DNA of 64,000 nucleotides, from assembly GCA_964551635.1 (NCBI GenBank), contig CAZKDZ010000076.1, positions 7,287-71,286 of the forward strand, in the 5' to 3' direction. The notes beneath the pieces were generated by a model. It saw nothing but the letters and a program-made list of their open reading frames with translations. It did not search any database and was not told the DNA's origin. A program made the position numbers and the translations under genes. The DNA is from an uncultured bacterium. Its GTDB lineage: Bacteria; Latescibacterota; UBA2968; GCA-2709665. Shown piece by piece: positions 44,876 to 54,650 of the stretch. Positions within the stretch are counted from its first letter, which is position 1, and every line of letters begins with the position of its first letter.

Positions 44876-46651
44876 ATGCACAGGGTGATTCCCTTCCTTA
44901 TGATCGCGGCCGTCGGCCTTCTGGCGGCTCCGGCCGCCCGCGCAGAAGAAAGCATACTGCAACGTGCCCTGCGTGACGAACTGTCGCGTTCGATGAAGGA
45001 ACTCCAGCTTGAAGCCCTGGATCGACCGTACTTTATTTCATATCTCGTGCGCGAAATTAAGGCCAGGGTAGCCTCGGCGACCTTCGGCAGTCTGCTGGAG
45101 AGCAGGGAGGTCCACTCGCGCACGCTGAACGTAGAAGTGAGGGTGGGAGACTACGCCCTCGACAATACCAACTTTCGCTCGTTCACCTTCGGCGGATCGG
45201 GCGTGGTCCGTATGCGGGGCGGCCGTGTGACATTGCCCGTGGAAGACAGCTATAGTGAGCTCCGGCGCAAGATCTGGCTGGCCACCGACGGCGCATACAA
45301 GACCGCGCTGGAAGATCTGGCCAAGAAGCGCGCCGTGCTGCAGAACAAGACGCGCACCGAAGAGATACCCGATTTCAGCAGAGAGGCGCCGGCAACCGAA
45401 GTGTTTGAGGTGGCGCCGATCGTTGTGAATCTTGACACACTCGAACAGCGAGCACGCCATCTTTCCGCGCTGTTCCGTGACATGCCCGACGTCTACACAT
45501 CACGGGTGCGAATGAGCGGCAATAACACCAGATACGAATACGTGAACAGCGAGGGCACTTCGTTTTCGGTAACAACTTCCGGCGTAGGGTTCACTGCGGT
45601 TGCCGCCACGCAAGCCCTCGACGGCATGCCCCTCGAAGACTTCGTCGCCGCATACGCCCGAACACCCGAAACCCTGCCTGGCGACGGGGAACTTGCTGAC
45701 AGGATCGGTGTTATGGGAAAACGCCTGAGTGCATTGCGTCATGCACCGCTCGTCAATCGCTTTACCGGTCCGGTAATTTTCGTCGGCCAGGCGGCGACGG
45801 AACAGTTCAATCAGGGTTTTTTACCCTACCTGCTGTCGAACCGCCGGGCGTTGCACGACAATCCCGATTACGAAGGCTATTACCCGCAAAAGAAGGAGAA
45901 TCCTTTCCTTGACAGGATCGGCGTGCGTGTCCTGCCCGAATTCCTGAACGTGCGCTCCGTTCCACACATCGACACCTACAAGAATCAACCACTCTTGGGC
46001 GCGTATCGTATCGATGATGAAGGGGTGCGTGCGCGCGAGATCCAGCTTGTACGGTCCGGCGTACTGGAAAACCTGCTGACGACTCGCACTCCCGTTCGCG
46101 GCCTCCGCCGCAGTACCGGAAGCCGTCGCGGCCCCGGGGTCGCGCCGGGCAATATACTGGTTGAACCTGAGAAGGGATTGAGCGAAGAGCAGATCCGAAA
46201 AGAATTCTACGAACTGATAAGAAGACAGAAAAAAGAATACGGATACATCGTCACACGCATGTCTAATCCGTCGTACAGTGCGTCCGAAGCGCCGGTCGTT
46301 GTAACATTCGGCGGCTCGGAAAATGGGGGAGCCAGGCTGCAAAACCCGATCGTCATTTACAGGGTCTATCTCGACGGGCGGAGGGAACTGGTTCGAAATG
46401 CGGAATTGGGTGGTACGGGCGCCTATACCTTCAAGGACATCTTCAGGGTGTCCAGGACGCATGAAGTCAATACGGTAACCTTTCGGTCGGAGGATAATTC
46501 CTCGCCGTTTTCCGGCAGTGGCCGAGGACGTCTGGTTCTTGTAGGTATCGTCACTCCACGAATGGTCCTGTTCGAGGACATCACGTTGAAGCCGCCCTCC
46601 GGCGAGATCCCCAGGTCCCCGGTTTCCCCGCATCCTTACTTCGGCGGTTGA
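44876..46651 (+). CDS. TldD/PmbA-family protein, secreted form (PmbA/TldE-like partner)
   Basis: Signal peptide MHRVIPFLMIAAVGLLAAPAARA. Collinear similarity to the preceding gene (LQ.A...EL.RS...L......PYF.SY) without the HExxxH site. Confidence 0.8.
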   Translation: MHRVIPFLMIAAVGLLAAPAARAEESILQRALRDELSRSMKELQLEALDRPYFISYLVREIKARVASATFGSLLESREVHSRTLNVEVRVGDYALDNTNFRSFTFGGSGVVRMRGGRVTLPVEDSYSELRRKIWLATDGAYKTALEDLAKKRAVLQNKTRTEEIPDFSREAPATEVFEVAPIVVNLDTLEQRARHLSALFRDMPDVYTSRVRMSGNNTRYEYVNSEGTSFSVTTSGVGFTAVAATQALDGMPLEDFVAAYARTPETLPGDGELADRIGVMGKRLSALRHAPLVNRFTGPVIFVGQAATEQFNQGFLPYLLSNRRALHDNPDYEGYYPQKKENPFLDRIGVRVLPEFLNVRSVPHIDTYKNQPLLGAYRIDDEGVRAREIQLVRSGVLENLLTTRTPVRGLRRSTGSRRGPGVAPGNILVEPEKGLSEEQIRKEFYELIRRQKKEYGYIVTRMSNPSYSASEAPVVVTFGGSENGGARLQNPIVIYRVYLDGRRELVRNAELGGTGAYTFKDIFRVSRTHEVNTVTFRSEDNSSPFSGSGRGRLVLVGIVTPRMVLFEDITLKPPSGEIPRSPVSPHPYFGG

Positions 46652-46694
46652 GTACAGGGCGTTGGGCGAACGGGCGTCATCTTCAGGTCCCGGT

Positions 46695-47699
46695 TCATAC
46701 GCCGGTGAACGCTTTGGCCTTGTCCTCATTTACGGCTTGCCGTGAGTTGCGCTCGCCGCGCAGCTCGCCCCACAGCGCGATCGCGATCCCCGTGAGGATG
46801 ATGCCGCCGCCGATAAGCTGCGCGGGCATGGGGACCTCGCCCAGGATAAGCCCCGCGAAGAGGACCCCGGCCACCGGCGAGAAGGACGACGCCGTGGCGA
46901 TGTCTGCGGGGCGCACGCGTTTGATGCCGGAAAACCACGCCAATTGCCCGCAGGCCACCACGATGCCCCCGTAAAGGGCCATCCAGCCCCACAACACCGG
47001 CGAGAAGACGTCGGCGAAGTGCTCGATTCCGAAGAGGTAGAGTCCGATTCCCAGGAAGAAGATTGCGCCAAGCAGGTTCCGATAGACGCTGAAGATTCCC
47101 AGGGGGATCGTCTGAAGCTGCTTTCGACCGATTTCCGCGCCGCATACCAGCAAAACGGTCGCGGCCGCCGCGAAAACCTCACCGCTGCCCACGCCGCCCC
47201 GCATTCGCGCCGCCGCCATGCTTTCCGGCGACGCATCCGTCTGCAGCACAAGCGTTGCCGCAACGCCCCCGACCGCGCACAACGCTCCGAATACCGCCGT
47301 TCCGCTCGATTTCTCCCGATAGAAAATCCAGGCCAGCAACAGGACAAGCGGGATTTCGATCGTCTCGATCAGGACGATATTGGTGACCGAGGTGCGCGAA
47401 ATGGCCGTAAACATCAGGGCCGGCGCGACCGCGCCCGATGTTAGCGCCAGGACGGTCTGAACCAGCCACTGTCGGCGCGACAGCCTTCGCAGACGGGAGG
47501 GGCGCCATTCCCGTCGATTGAGGACGAACAGGGTCAACGCCGCCACGAGGTTTCCGGCGAAGAGGAGGTTACAGAAGGATATAGGATTGCGGCCGTCGAT
47601 CAGGTTCGCCTGACCGATTTCCACCAGGCGCGCCACCACCGATGCGGCGGCTGCGAAGATCAGTATTGCAATCCACAGATAGATTCTACCCCAGGTCAT
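46695..47699 (-). CDS. DMT superfamily (EamA-like) transporter
   Basis: 334 aa with about 10 TM segments and a two-fold internal repeat. Confidence 0.85.
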   Translation of the reverse strand: MTWGRIYLWIAILIFAAAASVVARLVEIGQANLIDGRNPISFCNLLFAGNLVAALTLFVLNRREWRPSRLRRLSRRQWLVQTVLALTSGAVAPALMFTAISRTSVTNIVLIETIEIPLVLLLAWIFYREKSSGTAVFGALCAVGGVAATLVLQTDASPESMAAARMRGGVGSGEVFAAAATVLLVCGAEIGRKQLQTIPLGIFSVYRNLLGAIFFLGIGLYLFGIEHFADVFSPVLWGWMALYGGIVVACGQLAWFSGIKRVRPADIATASSFSPVAGVLFAGLILGEVPMPAQLIGGGIILTGIAIALWGELRGERNSRQAVNEDKAKAFTGV

Positions 47700-47917
47700 C
47701 GGTCCTCCATCGCGGCGGGCGCCCCGATGCCGTATCGCGCGAGATCACGTTCGCATCGAGTACGAGCAGTACGCGTGTATTCCAATTCTATCTCCCGCTT
47801 GACGCGGGTGAATCCGGGCGCTTTATTGTACCCAATACCGTGTTTCCACGCAAACGCGCAGTTTCTCCTCCGGACACCCGAGGCCGCGCGTTTTCGGATA
47901 TCACGATAGGGAGACCG

Positions 47918-48301
47918 ATGAATATGACACCTTCCACGAAACTGACAGGAATGAGCCCGCAATTCCTGGTGGCCGACCTGGACCGGTCGATCGGATTCTA
48001 TACCGGGCAGCTCGGATTCGACCTGGACTTCCGGTACGAACACTTCTACGCCGGAATCGTGCGGGACGGTCACTCCATCCATCTCAAGCTCTCCGACGCG
48101 CCGCGCGGCGAGAGGGATTTCCGCCGGGAGAACGAGCACCTGGACGTCACGTTTACGGTGGACGATATCCGGACCGCGTACAGGGACGCACAGAGCAAGT
48201 CCGTTCCGGTCATTCAGCCGCTCAGGAAGATGCCCTACGGCCACGAATTCTACGTCTCGGATCCCGACGGGTATATCCTCGCCTTTGTCGAGACGAAATA
48301 G
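47918..48301 (+). CDS. VOC (glyoxalase) family protein
   Basis: ATG 47918 after AGGGAG. Contains PQFLVADLDRSIGFYTGQLGF; 127 aa. Confidence 0.75.
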   Translation: MNMTPSTKLTGMSPQFLVADLDRSIGFYTGQLGFDLDFRYEHFYAGIVRDGHSIHLKLSDAPRGERDFRRENEHLDVTFTVDDIRTAYRDAQSKSVPVIQPLRKMPYGHEFYVSDPDGYILAFVETK

Positions 48302-48364
48302 CTCAGGCCGTCGTAGATGGCGATTGCAACGACGAAACGGGCCTCCCGATGGTTGTCGTCGGAC

Positions 48365-48408
48365 TTGACATTGTCGATGGATTTTCTTATACGTATAATA
48401 CACGTATA
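48365..48408 (+). promoter_or_regulatory. Putative mazEF promoter/operator
   Basis: TTGACA (48365-48370), then TATACG at +17 nt or TATAAT (48394-48399) at +23 nt. Inverted repeat TATACGT (48388-48394) / ACGTATA (48402-48408) spans the -10 region. Confidence 0.35.
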
Positions 48409-48444
48409 CATGGTTTCCGTGCCGTCTGAATCGGAGGAATTCAT

Positions 48445-48675
48445 ATGCGCAAAAAACTGACCATCACCATTGATAGAGAAGTGTATGAAGGCCTGCATCA
48501 AATCATCGGCCGACGCCGCATCAGCCGCTTCGTAGAAACGCTGGTGCGCCCGCACGTGCTTCGCCCCGACCTCGAGAAGGCATACGCAGAGATGGCGCTC
48601 GACGAAGAACGGGAAGCCGAAGCCGCGGAATGGGCGGAAGCAACCGTGGGGGACGCATTCGATGCTCAGAGGTGA
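48445..48675 (+). CDS. Type II antitoxin (RHH/MazE-like partner of MazF)
   Basis: 76 aa, ATG after GGAGG, acidic C-terminal tail. Overlaps the toxin start by 14 nt. Confidence 0.7.
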   Translation: MRKKLTITIDREVYEGLHQIIGRRRISRFVETLVRPHVLRPDLEKAYAEMALDEEREAEAAEWAEATVGDAFDAQR

Positions 48676-48982
48676 AGTATGGTGGGTGAGTTTCAACCCG
48701 TCCATTGGCGGCGAAGTCCGCAAGAGACGTCCCGCGATTATCGTGAGTAACGACGCATTCAACAGGTATCTGAATCGTGTTCAGGTTGTGCCGTTAACGA
48801 GCAATCTCGATCGCCTCTATCCCAGTGAAGCCTATGTGACTGTGAGTGAAGAAAGAAGCAAGGCGATGGCCGATCAGTTGACAACCGTAAGCAAACACCG
48901 GTTAACAGCGCTTCAAGGGCGAATCTCAGTTTCGGAACTGGACAGCGTGGAACGCGCGATAAGGACTCAGTTAGGCATGTGA
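48662..48982 (+). CDS. mazF: MazF/PemK-family endoribonuclease toxin
   Basis: [31 protein letters not shown] is the canonical MazF N-terminus; 106 aa. Confidence 0.9.
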   Translation: MLRGEVWWVSFNPSIGGEVRKRRPAIIVSNDAFNRYLNRVQVVPLTSNLDRLYPSEAYVTVSEERSKAMADQLTTVSKHRLTALQGRISVSELDSVERAIRTQLGM

Positions 48983-49028
48983 TGCCCGCAATCCGATGAG
49001 ACTTTCAAAGGAGGGGAAGTCAAACACG

Positions 49029-50255
49029 ATGGCAACCATCAACGCCAACTACAACAAACTATCGGCCGGCTATCTGTTTCCGGAAATCGCGAGGCGGACC
49101 GGGGCCTATCTGGACGAACATCCGGGAGTCGACGTAATGCGCCTCGGCATCGGAAACACCACCGAGCCGCTGCCTCCGAGTGTGATTTCCGGGTTGCACC
49201 AGGCCGTTGACAAACTCGCGGCTGTCGAGACCTATACCGGTTACGCGGACGGGAGTGAAGGCGAGCTGCCTCTCAGAGAGGCGATCGCCGGCCGATACGC
49301 GGAGCGCGGTGTTACGCTGGATCCGGACGAGATCTTCGTGAGCGACGGCGGAAAGCCGGATTCCGCGAATATTCAGTCCATCTTCGGCCTGGACAACGTG
49401 GTGGCGGTGCAGGATCCGGCCTATCCCGTCTACGTGGACAGCAACGTAATCGCCGGAAGGACGGGGAAGGCGGAGGCGGGACAGTACGAGGGAATCGTAT
49501 ACATGCCCTGCACCGAGGCGAACGGCTTCTTTCCCGAATTGCCGACGGACAAAGTGGACCTGATCTACATCTGCAGCCCGAACAATCCCATCGGTTCCGT
49601 TGCAACAGCGAGTCAGCTTCAGACCTTTGTGGACTATGCCCGGGAACAACGGGCGGTGATCATCTTCGACGCGGCGTACTGCGCCTATATTTCGGATCCC
49701 GAGGTGCCGCACAGCATCTTTGAGGTGGACGGCGCAAGTTCATGCGCGATCGAGATCAACAGCTTTTCCAAGGACACCGGCTTTACGGGCGTGCGGCTGG
49801 GCTGGACGGTGGTCCCCCGGGAACTCGCCGTGGAAGACGCCGGGCCCGGCGTTGTACAGGGGCTCTGGCGCAGACGCCAGAATACGATGTTCAACGGCGC
49901 CTCCAATATCGTGCAGGGCGGCGGGCTGGCGGTGTTTACGGAAGCGGGAAAATCGGAGTGCGCCGCGATGGTCGCCTATTATATGGCCAACGCCGCTCGC
50001 ATCCGTGCGGGGCTGGAAGGGATGGGACTGACGGTCTATGGCGGGGTCCACGCGCCGTATCTCTGGATGAAGACGCCCGGGGGCATGGGTTCGTGGGAGT
50101 TCTTCGACAAACTGCTTTCCGAGGCGCACGTCGTCGGGACGCCGGGGGCGGGATTCGGCCCAAGCGGCGAGGGCTTCTTCAGGTTGAGCGCATTCGGACA
50201 CCGCGAGGACATCGAGTCGGCCGTGGAGAGCATCGAGAAAAATTTAAGGCTGTAG
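49029..50255 (+). CDS. dapL: LL-diaminopimelate aminotransferase
   Basis: ATG 49029 gives MATINANYNKLSAGYLFPEIARR..., with RLGIGNTTEPLP and NSFSKDTGFTGVRLGW (PLP lysine). Confidence 0.9.
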   Translation: MATINANYNKLSAGYLFPEIARRTGAYLDEHPGVDVMRLGIGNTTEPLPPSVISGLHQAVDKLAAVETYTGYADGSEGELPLREAIAGRYAERGVTLDPDEIFVSDGGKPDSANIQSIFGLDNVVAVQDPAYPVYVDSNVIAGRTGKAEAGQYEGIVYMPCTEANGFFPELPTDKVDLIYICSPNNPIGSVATASQLQTFVDYAREQRAVIIFDAAYCAYISDPEVPHSIFEVDGASSCAIEINSFSKDTGFTGVRLGWTVVPRELAVEDAGPGVVQGLWRRRQNTMFNGASNIVQGGGLAVFTEAGKSECAAMVAYYMANAARIRAGLEGMGLTVYGGVHAPYLWMKTPGGMGSWEFFDKLLSEAHVVGTPGAGFGPSGEGFFRLSAFGHREDIESAVESIEKNLRL

Positions 50256-50370
50256 CCTGTTTCAACTCAGCAAACATAAACAATCACCAATTTGCGTGCG
50301 CTTTTCTGCTCGGTAAACGCCTTACGCGTGGGGCACTGAACGCCAGCTGAATCGGATACGCGCCGGAAGG

Positions 50371-51333
50371 ATGAAAATGCGACTGCGGGTCCTTGTTTTC
50401 TGTGTGTCGATGGGGTTGGCCTCCTCGGGTCTCTCGGAGGAGATGAAAACGCCGCCCAAACTCACGGTTGGCTTCCGCTTTACATCGGCTTTCGGGCAGA
50501 AGGGCGGGGGCATTGGGCACTTTCACGAGCCATCCGCAATCGCCCTCGACACGTTCGGCAATCTCTACGTGGCCGATACGGGCAACGACCGCATCCAGAA
50601 GTTCGATGCGGAGGGTTCGTATGTGTCGGAAGTGGGTACGTTCGGCTGGGACCCCGGTCAATTCAGCCAGCCGACAGGGGTGGCGGTGGGACAGGGCGGA
50701 CTCGAGGTATGTGTCGCGGACGGGAGAAACAATCGCATCCAGATCTTCAGCCCTCACTTCCGCCTTTTGAGTGTGGTCGGCGGGCGGGACGTCGACGGTC
50801 CGATCCGGATGGGAACGCTCGGCGGGATCGCGGTATCCGATGACGGTGAGCTCTACGTGTCGGATACCGATGCGGACCAGGTTGTACAGATCAGCGATTA
50901 CAGCCCCGTGGAGAACCAGTTCGGGGGGTATGAGTACGGCGCCGACAGGCTCCGGCGTCCTCTGGGCCTCGCCGTGGGACAGAAGAACGAGGTCTACGTT
51001 TGTGACAGCGAGAACGATCGGGTCGCGGTATTCGACCGGTACGGAAACTTCATGAAGAGCCTGGCGGAAGGGTCGCTCTCCGGACCCGCCGGCGTATGCA
51101 CCGGGCCTGAGGATGTACTGTTTGTGGCGGATACCGGGCATCACCGTATCGTGGTACTGGATCTTCGGACGGGGGAGGTGGCCTTGCTGATCGGCGGGCC
51201 CGATGCCGGTGGCCGGACGGGCGCGTTCAGGGCCCCTGCAGACGTGGCCTTCGGCGCCGGGAGATTCCTCTTTGTTCTGGACGGCGGCAACCATCGCATT
51301 CAGAAGTTGGAAATGCTGATCAGCAGAAGGTAG
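50371..51333 (+). CDS. Secreted NHL-repeat beta-propeller protein
   Basis: Signal peptide, then six repeats of the type F..P.G.A.D..G.LYVAD..N.RIQ.F. Confidence 0.8.
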   Translation: MKMRLRVLVFCVSMGLASSGLSEEMKTPPKLTVGFRFTSAFGQKGGGIGHFHEPSAIALDTFGNLYVADTGNDRIQKFDAEGSYVSEVGTFGWDPGQFSQPTGVAVGQGGLEVCVADGRNNRIQIFSPHFRLLSVVGGRDVDGPIRMGTLGGIAVSDDGELYVSDTDADQVVQISDYSPVENQFGGYEYGADRLRRPLGLAVGQKNEVYVCDSENDRVAVFDRYGNFMKSLAEGSLSGPAGVCTGPEDVLFVADTGHHRIVVLDLRTGEVALLIGGPDAGGRTGAFRAPADVAFGAGRFLFVLDGGNHRIQKLEMLISRR

Positions 51334-51476
51334 GATGCTCAGTCCGAACGTACCATCCAGGACTCGGGAGTCATCAGGAGGGGTCGTGGGGTCTTGAAGG
51401 CCGGCAGGCCGGATAAGCTCTTTTTGACGGGCTGCCGGGGTCGGAACCGGGTTTTTGCAATTCCCGGCCTTTTTTT

Positions 51477-54400
51477 ATGCTCAAGCGCCATTCCATACGG
51501 CAGGTCTTCATGATCTGCGCGGGCCTGTTCACAACGGCAGGCGCGGCGCCGCCGCCTGAACGGTTGACCGTCTTCGATCTGGAACGGACCCTTCGCGCGG
51601 ATGGCGGCCGTGGACCTTATCGTATTTCGGATCGGCCGATTCTGGTGGACAGCGAACGGGTCTGGGTTGGGGACAGCCTGCTCGTGAGGGACCTGGACTA
51701 CGACCTGAACTACGCCGACGGATTGCTGCTGCTGGCGCGGGGGCGGCCGCGAGGCGTCGAGTTTCTGGTCCGGTTCCGGCAGTTGCCCCGGGTGCTGTCC
51801 CGCGTTTACAGGCGTCGTGACCAGGACGTTCAACGGGCGCCGGTACGGCCGGCCCCGGCCCGGCGCCGGCGGCTTCGCGCGTCAGCGAGAGCGCCCGAGG
51901 CGTACGGCGAGGCGCAGACACAACTGGACGTGGGTGGCGTCAAACGCATTCAGGTCGCCGTTGGAGGAAACCGCGATCTCGAACTCAGCCAGTCGCTGCG
52001 GGTACATATTACAGGCCAGATGGCGGACGGCGTCGAAGTAACCGCGCTGCTGTCGGACCGGAACCTTCCGTTGGGGATTGAAGGGAGCACCCGCAGCCTG
52101 CAGGAGCTGGACCGGGTGATGTTTCAGGTCCGTTCACGGAAGCTCTCGGCCTCACTCGGCGATCTGGACGTTGCGTTTGACGGTACCACATTCGGCAGGT
52201 ATCGCCGCAGGCTTCACGGCGCGCACGTCGCGTATTCGTCTTCCGGGAGAGATTTGAGGATATTCGGGGCATCCGCTGACGGACGCTGGATCAGCCACCG
52301 CCTTCTTCCCGTCGAAGGATATCAGGGCCCGTACCGGTTGCCAGGTAACGCGGGGGCGAGGGACGGACGCATCGCGGCGGGTTCGGAACGGGTCTGGCAG
52401 GACGGACGTCTGTTGCGGGGGGGCGAAAGTCAGGACTACGTTGTGGACTATGAAATGTCCACAATCACATTTACACCCGTCAGGCCGGTAACCGGGCAGA
52501 GCCGCATTACCGTGGAGTACCAGTACGAGGCGCCCGGCTCCCGCCGGCGTCTGATGGGCGCACGCGGTACGCTCGCGCTCTCCGATGACCGTCTGAAGCT
52601 GGGGGGCACGTACATTCGGGAGGCCGACCCGGACGGCCGGGTCCCGGGTGTCGGCATTTCCGCACCTCCGTTTCAGCCCGTACGACATCAGCTGGCTGTG
52701 ATGGACGCGGCGTATGAACCGGTCGGGGGTGTGCGGTTCGACGGCGAACTGGCGCTGAGCCAGGCGCCCGCGCTCGTGGACGGGGATACGCAGCAGCGTG
52801 GCCGAGCATTCAGGCTGGGACTGGACTTGTGGCCGGAGGCGCTGCGGCTGGGCGGAACTGGCATCGGGCGGTTTCGACTGACCGGCGCATTCAGGCAGAT
52901 CGGCGCACAGTTTCGCGGGATCGAGAGGCCCGAGAGGGTAACGCGCGAGGGGCGGTGGGGCTGGCAGGCCGACGGTCCGCAGGCCGGAGACCGGATGGGC
53001 GAAGTCGCGTTGCAGTACGCCCTGAGGCCCGGCATCCGGTTCGACGCCGGCTACGGCAGGCGCCTCGGAAAGGTGAACGCGGTCCGGCGCGACGCGGGGC
53101 TTCAGATTTCCAACGCGCGCGGGCCGCAGGTGTTCTATCGATTCGACGAGGTGTCTCACGGGTCAGGGTTGTTCTCCCGTCATCGGAGCCGCATCCGGGC
53201 GCCTTTGCGAGGGATTACGCCAGGGATTCGTTTCGAGTCGGAAACCGCGACGGGGTCGTCGGTTGCTCATTCCACGCTGTTCTACGCCACCGCGCCCGAT
53301 TCCGCGCATCGCGGGATACGCATCCGGGCGGGGGCGATGGACCTCTCCACGCGGATGATGGGTGCGCTGGCGTGGACGTCGGAGGTTTCAATCCGCAGAA
53401 TAGGCGTCCGGGAGCGCGCGTGGCAGGACAGCCTGCGGGCCTGGGCCACGACCCACCGCGCCACGATGTCCGGCCGGCGCGGGCTGTCGTTTTCCGGAGA
53501 GTACAGCAGGAGCCGAACGAATTCACCGCTGCATCCGGAAAAGGGGCGAGTTACGGACCTTGCCCGCATCAGGTGGGGGTACGACGTTCTGAACGGCGCC
53601 GTTTCGCACAGATTCTCCTATCGGATCTCGAGTACCGGGGCCCCGGACGGCGGGCCGGTGTTTGTCGACGTCGGACGCGGTCGAGGCACGCATGAATGGG
53701 AAGACGTGGACGGCGACGGGCTCCGGGATCCGGAGGAATTCGTTGCCGACACCGATGGAGAATACGTACGGTTCTTCAGCCCGTCCGTCGGATTCCGTCC
53801 CGTGCGTGACGCGGCTCTTGCGGCCAGGACGGAATTGGTGTTGAAGCGGCTGCTGAAATCTCCCGAGGGCAGGTGGTTGCGTCTTCTCTCAGGCCTGTCG
53901 CTGGACGTATCGTTGGAAGCCGACCGGCAGGCGCCGCCGGACGATGCCGGCGTGGCGCCCTGGAACCTGTACGGTTTCGGTTCCGGCGAGGGGATGCTGA
54001 ACGGCAGGCGCGAGCTGAGGACGCGGCTCTACCTGTTCCGATACGGCCGTCCCGCCACGCTGCGTCTATCCACCCGCCGGGGTTCCCGGGTGGACCGGGA
54101 CTTCACCGGAGGTGCGCTGGAGACGAATTCGCGGGCGTCCGCACTGGGACGATTCACGCTTGGCAGGACGTCATCTCTGGAGTTGGAGCTGCATGGCGAG
54201 ACGCGGGACCGGCCCGGTGAAGGGCCTTTTTTCTACCGGATCCGGTCGCGCCGGATTTCAATGAACGGGTACCGGCACCCGCCCAGGTCGTGGCAGTCCC
54301 GCCTGGAACTGTCAATCGGCAGGGACCGGGAGGAGAATCGAGCACTGGTGGCCCGCTTTGTGTCCGTCCGCCCGGAATTCCGGCGCGCGCTTCCCGGCCG

Positions 54401-54632
54401 GGGTCGATTAAGGGTATCGTGTGACTGGACCCGTGTTTTCGGGTCCGGATCCATGCCGTTGTTTCTGAGAATGGCCGATGGAAACCGGGACGGAAACAAC
54501 CTCGGCTGGCGTCTGGGCGTGGACTACCGGCTGGGTCGGTATCTGACGGCCACGGCCCTGTACGACGGGCGCAGGCGGCCCGGAAGATCTCTCCTGCATC
54601 TCGGGCGCATGGAGATGCGGGCCCTGTTCTGA
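51477..54632 (+). CDS. Large (1051 aa) Arg-rich secreted/outer-membrane protein, unknown family
   Basis: Signal-peptide-like N-terminus (VFMICAGLFTTAGA). Long stretches of alternating hydrophobic/polar residues. Terminal ...MEMRALF (aromatic C-terminus). 19 nt upstream of the Omp85 gene. Confidence 0.55.
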   Translation: MLKRHSIRQVFMICAGLFTTAGAAPPPERLTVFDLERTLRADGGRGPYRISDRPILVDSERVWVGDSLLVRDLDYDLNYADGLLLLARGRPRGVEFLVRFRQLPRVLSRVYRRRDQDVQRAPVRPAPARRRRLRASARAPEAYGEAQTQLDVGGVKRIQVAVGGNRDLELSQSLRVHITGQMADGVEVTALLSDRNLPLGIEGSTRSLQELDRVMFQVRSRKLSASLGDLDVAFDGTTFGRYRRRLHGAHVAYSSSGRDLRIFGASADGRWISHRLLPVEGYQGPYRLPGNAGARDGRIAAGSERVWQDGRLLRGGESQDYVVDYEMSTITFTPVRPVTGQSRITVEYQYEAPGSRRRLMGARGTLALSDDRLKLGGTYIREADPDGRVPGVGISAPPFQPVRHQLAVMDAAYEPVGGVRFDGELALSQAPALVDGDTQQRGRAFRLGLDLWPEALRLGGTGIGRFRLTGAFRQIGAQFRGIERPERVTREGRWGWQADGPQAGDRMGEVALQYALRPGIRFDAGYGRRLGKVNAVRRDAGLQISNARGPQVFYRFDEVSHGSGLFSRHRSRIRAPLRGITPGIRFESETATGSSVAHSTLFYATAPDSAHRGIRIRAGAMDLSTRMMGALAWTSEVSIRRIGVRERAWQDSLRAWATTHRATMSGRRGLSFSGEYSRSRTNSPLHPEKGRVTDLARIRWGYDVLNGAVSHRFSYRISSTGAPDGGPVFVDVGRGRGTHEWEDVDGDGLRDPEEFVADTDGEYVRFFSPSVGFRPVRDAALAARTELVLKRLLKSPEGRWLRLLSGLSLDVSLEADRQAPPDDAGVAPWNLYGFGSGEGMLNGRRELRTRLYLFRYGRPATLRLSTRRGSRVDRDFTGGALETNSRASALGRFTLGRTSSLELELHGETRDRPGEGPFFYRIRSRRISMNGYRHPPRSWQSRLELSIGRDREENRALVARFVSVRPEFRRALPGRGRLRVSCDWTRVFGSGSMPLFLRMADGNRDGNNLGWRLGVDYRLGRYLTATALYDGRRRPGRSLLHLGRMEMRALF

Positions 54633-54650
54633 GGAACGGAAAGGTGCGGT

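Noticed and set aside
51398-51476. Terminator hairpins just before ATG 51477 (CCGGC-AG-GCCGG and CCGGG...CCCGG followed by T7).
   Set aside because: The stems are only 4-5 bp, so I did not list them as features. The T7 run abutting the start codon does leave the true start of the 1051-aa ORF uncertain; M12 at 51510 is possible.
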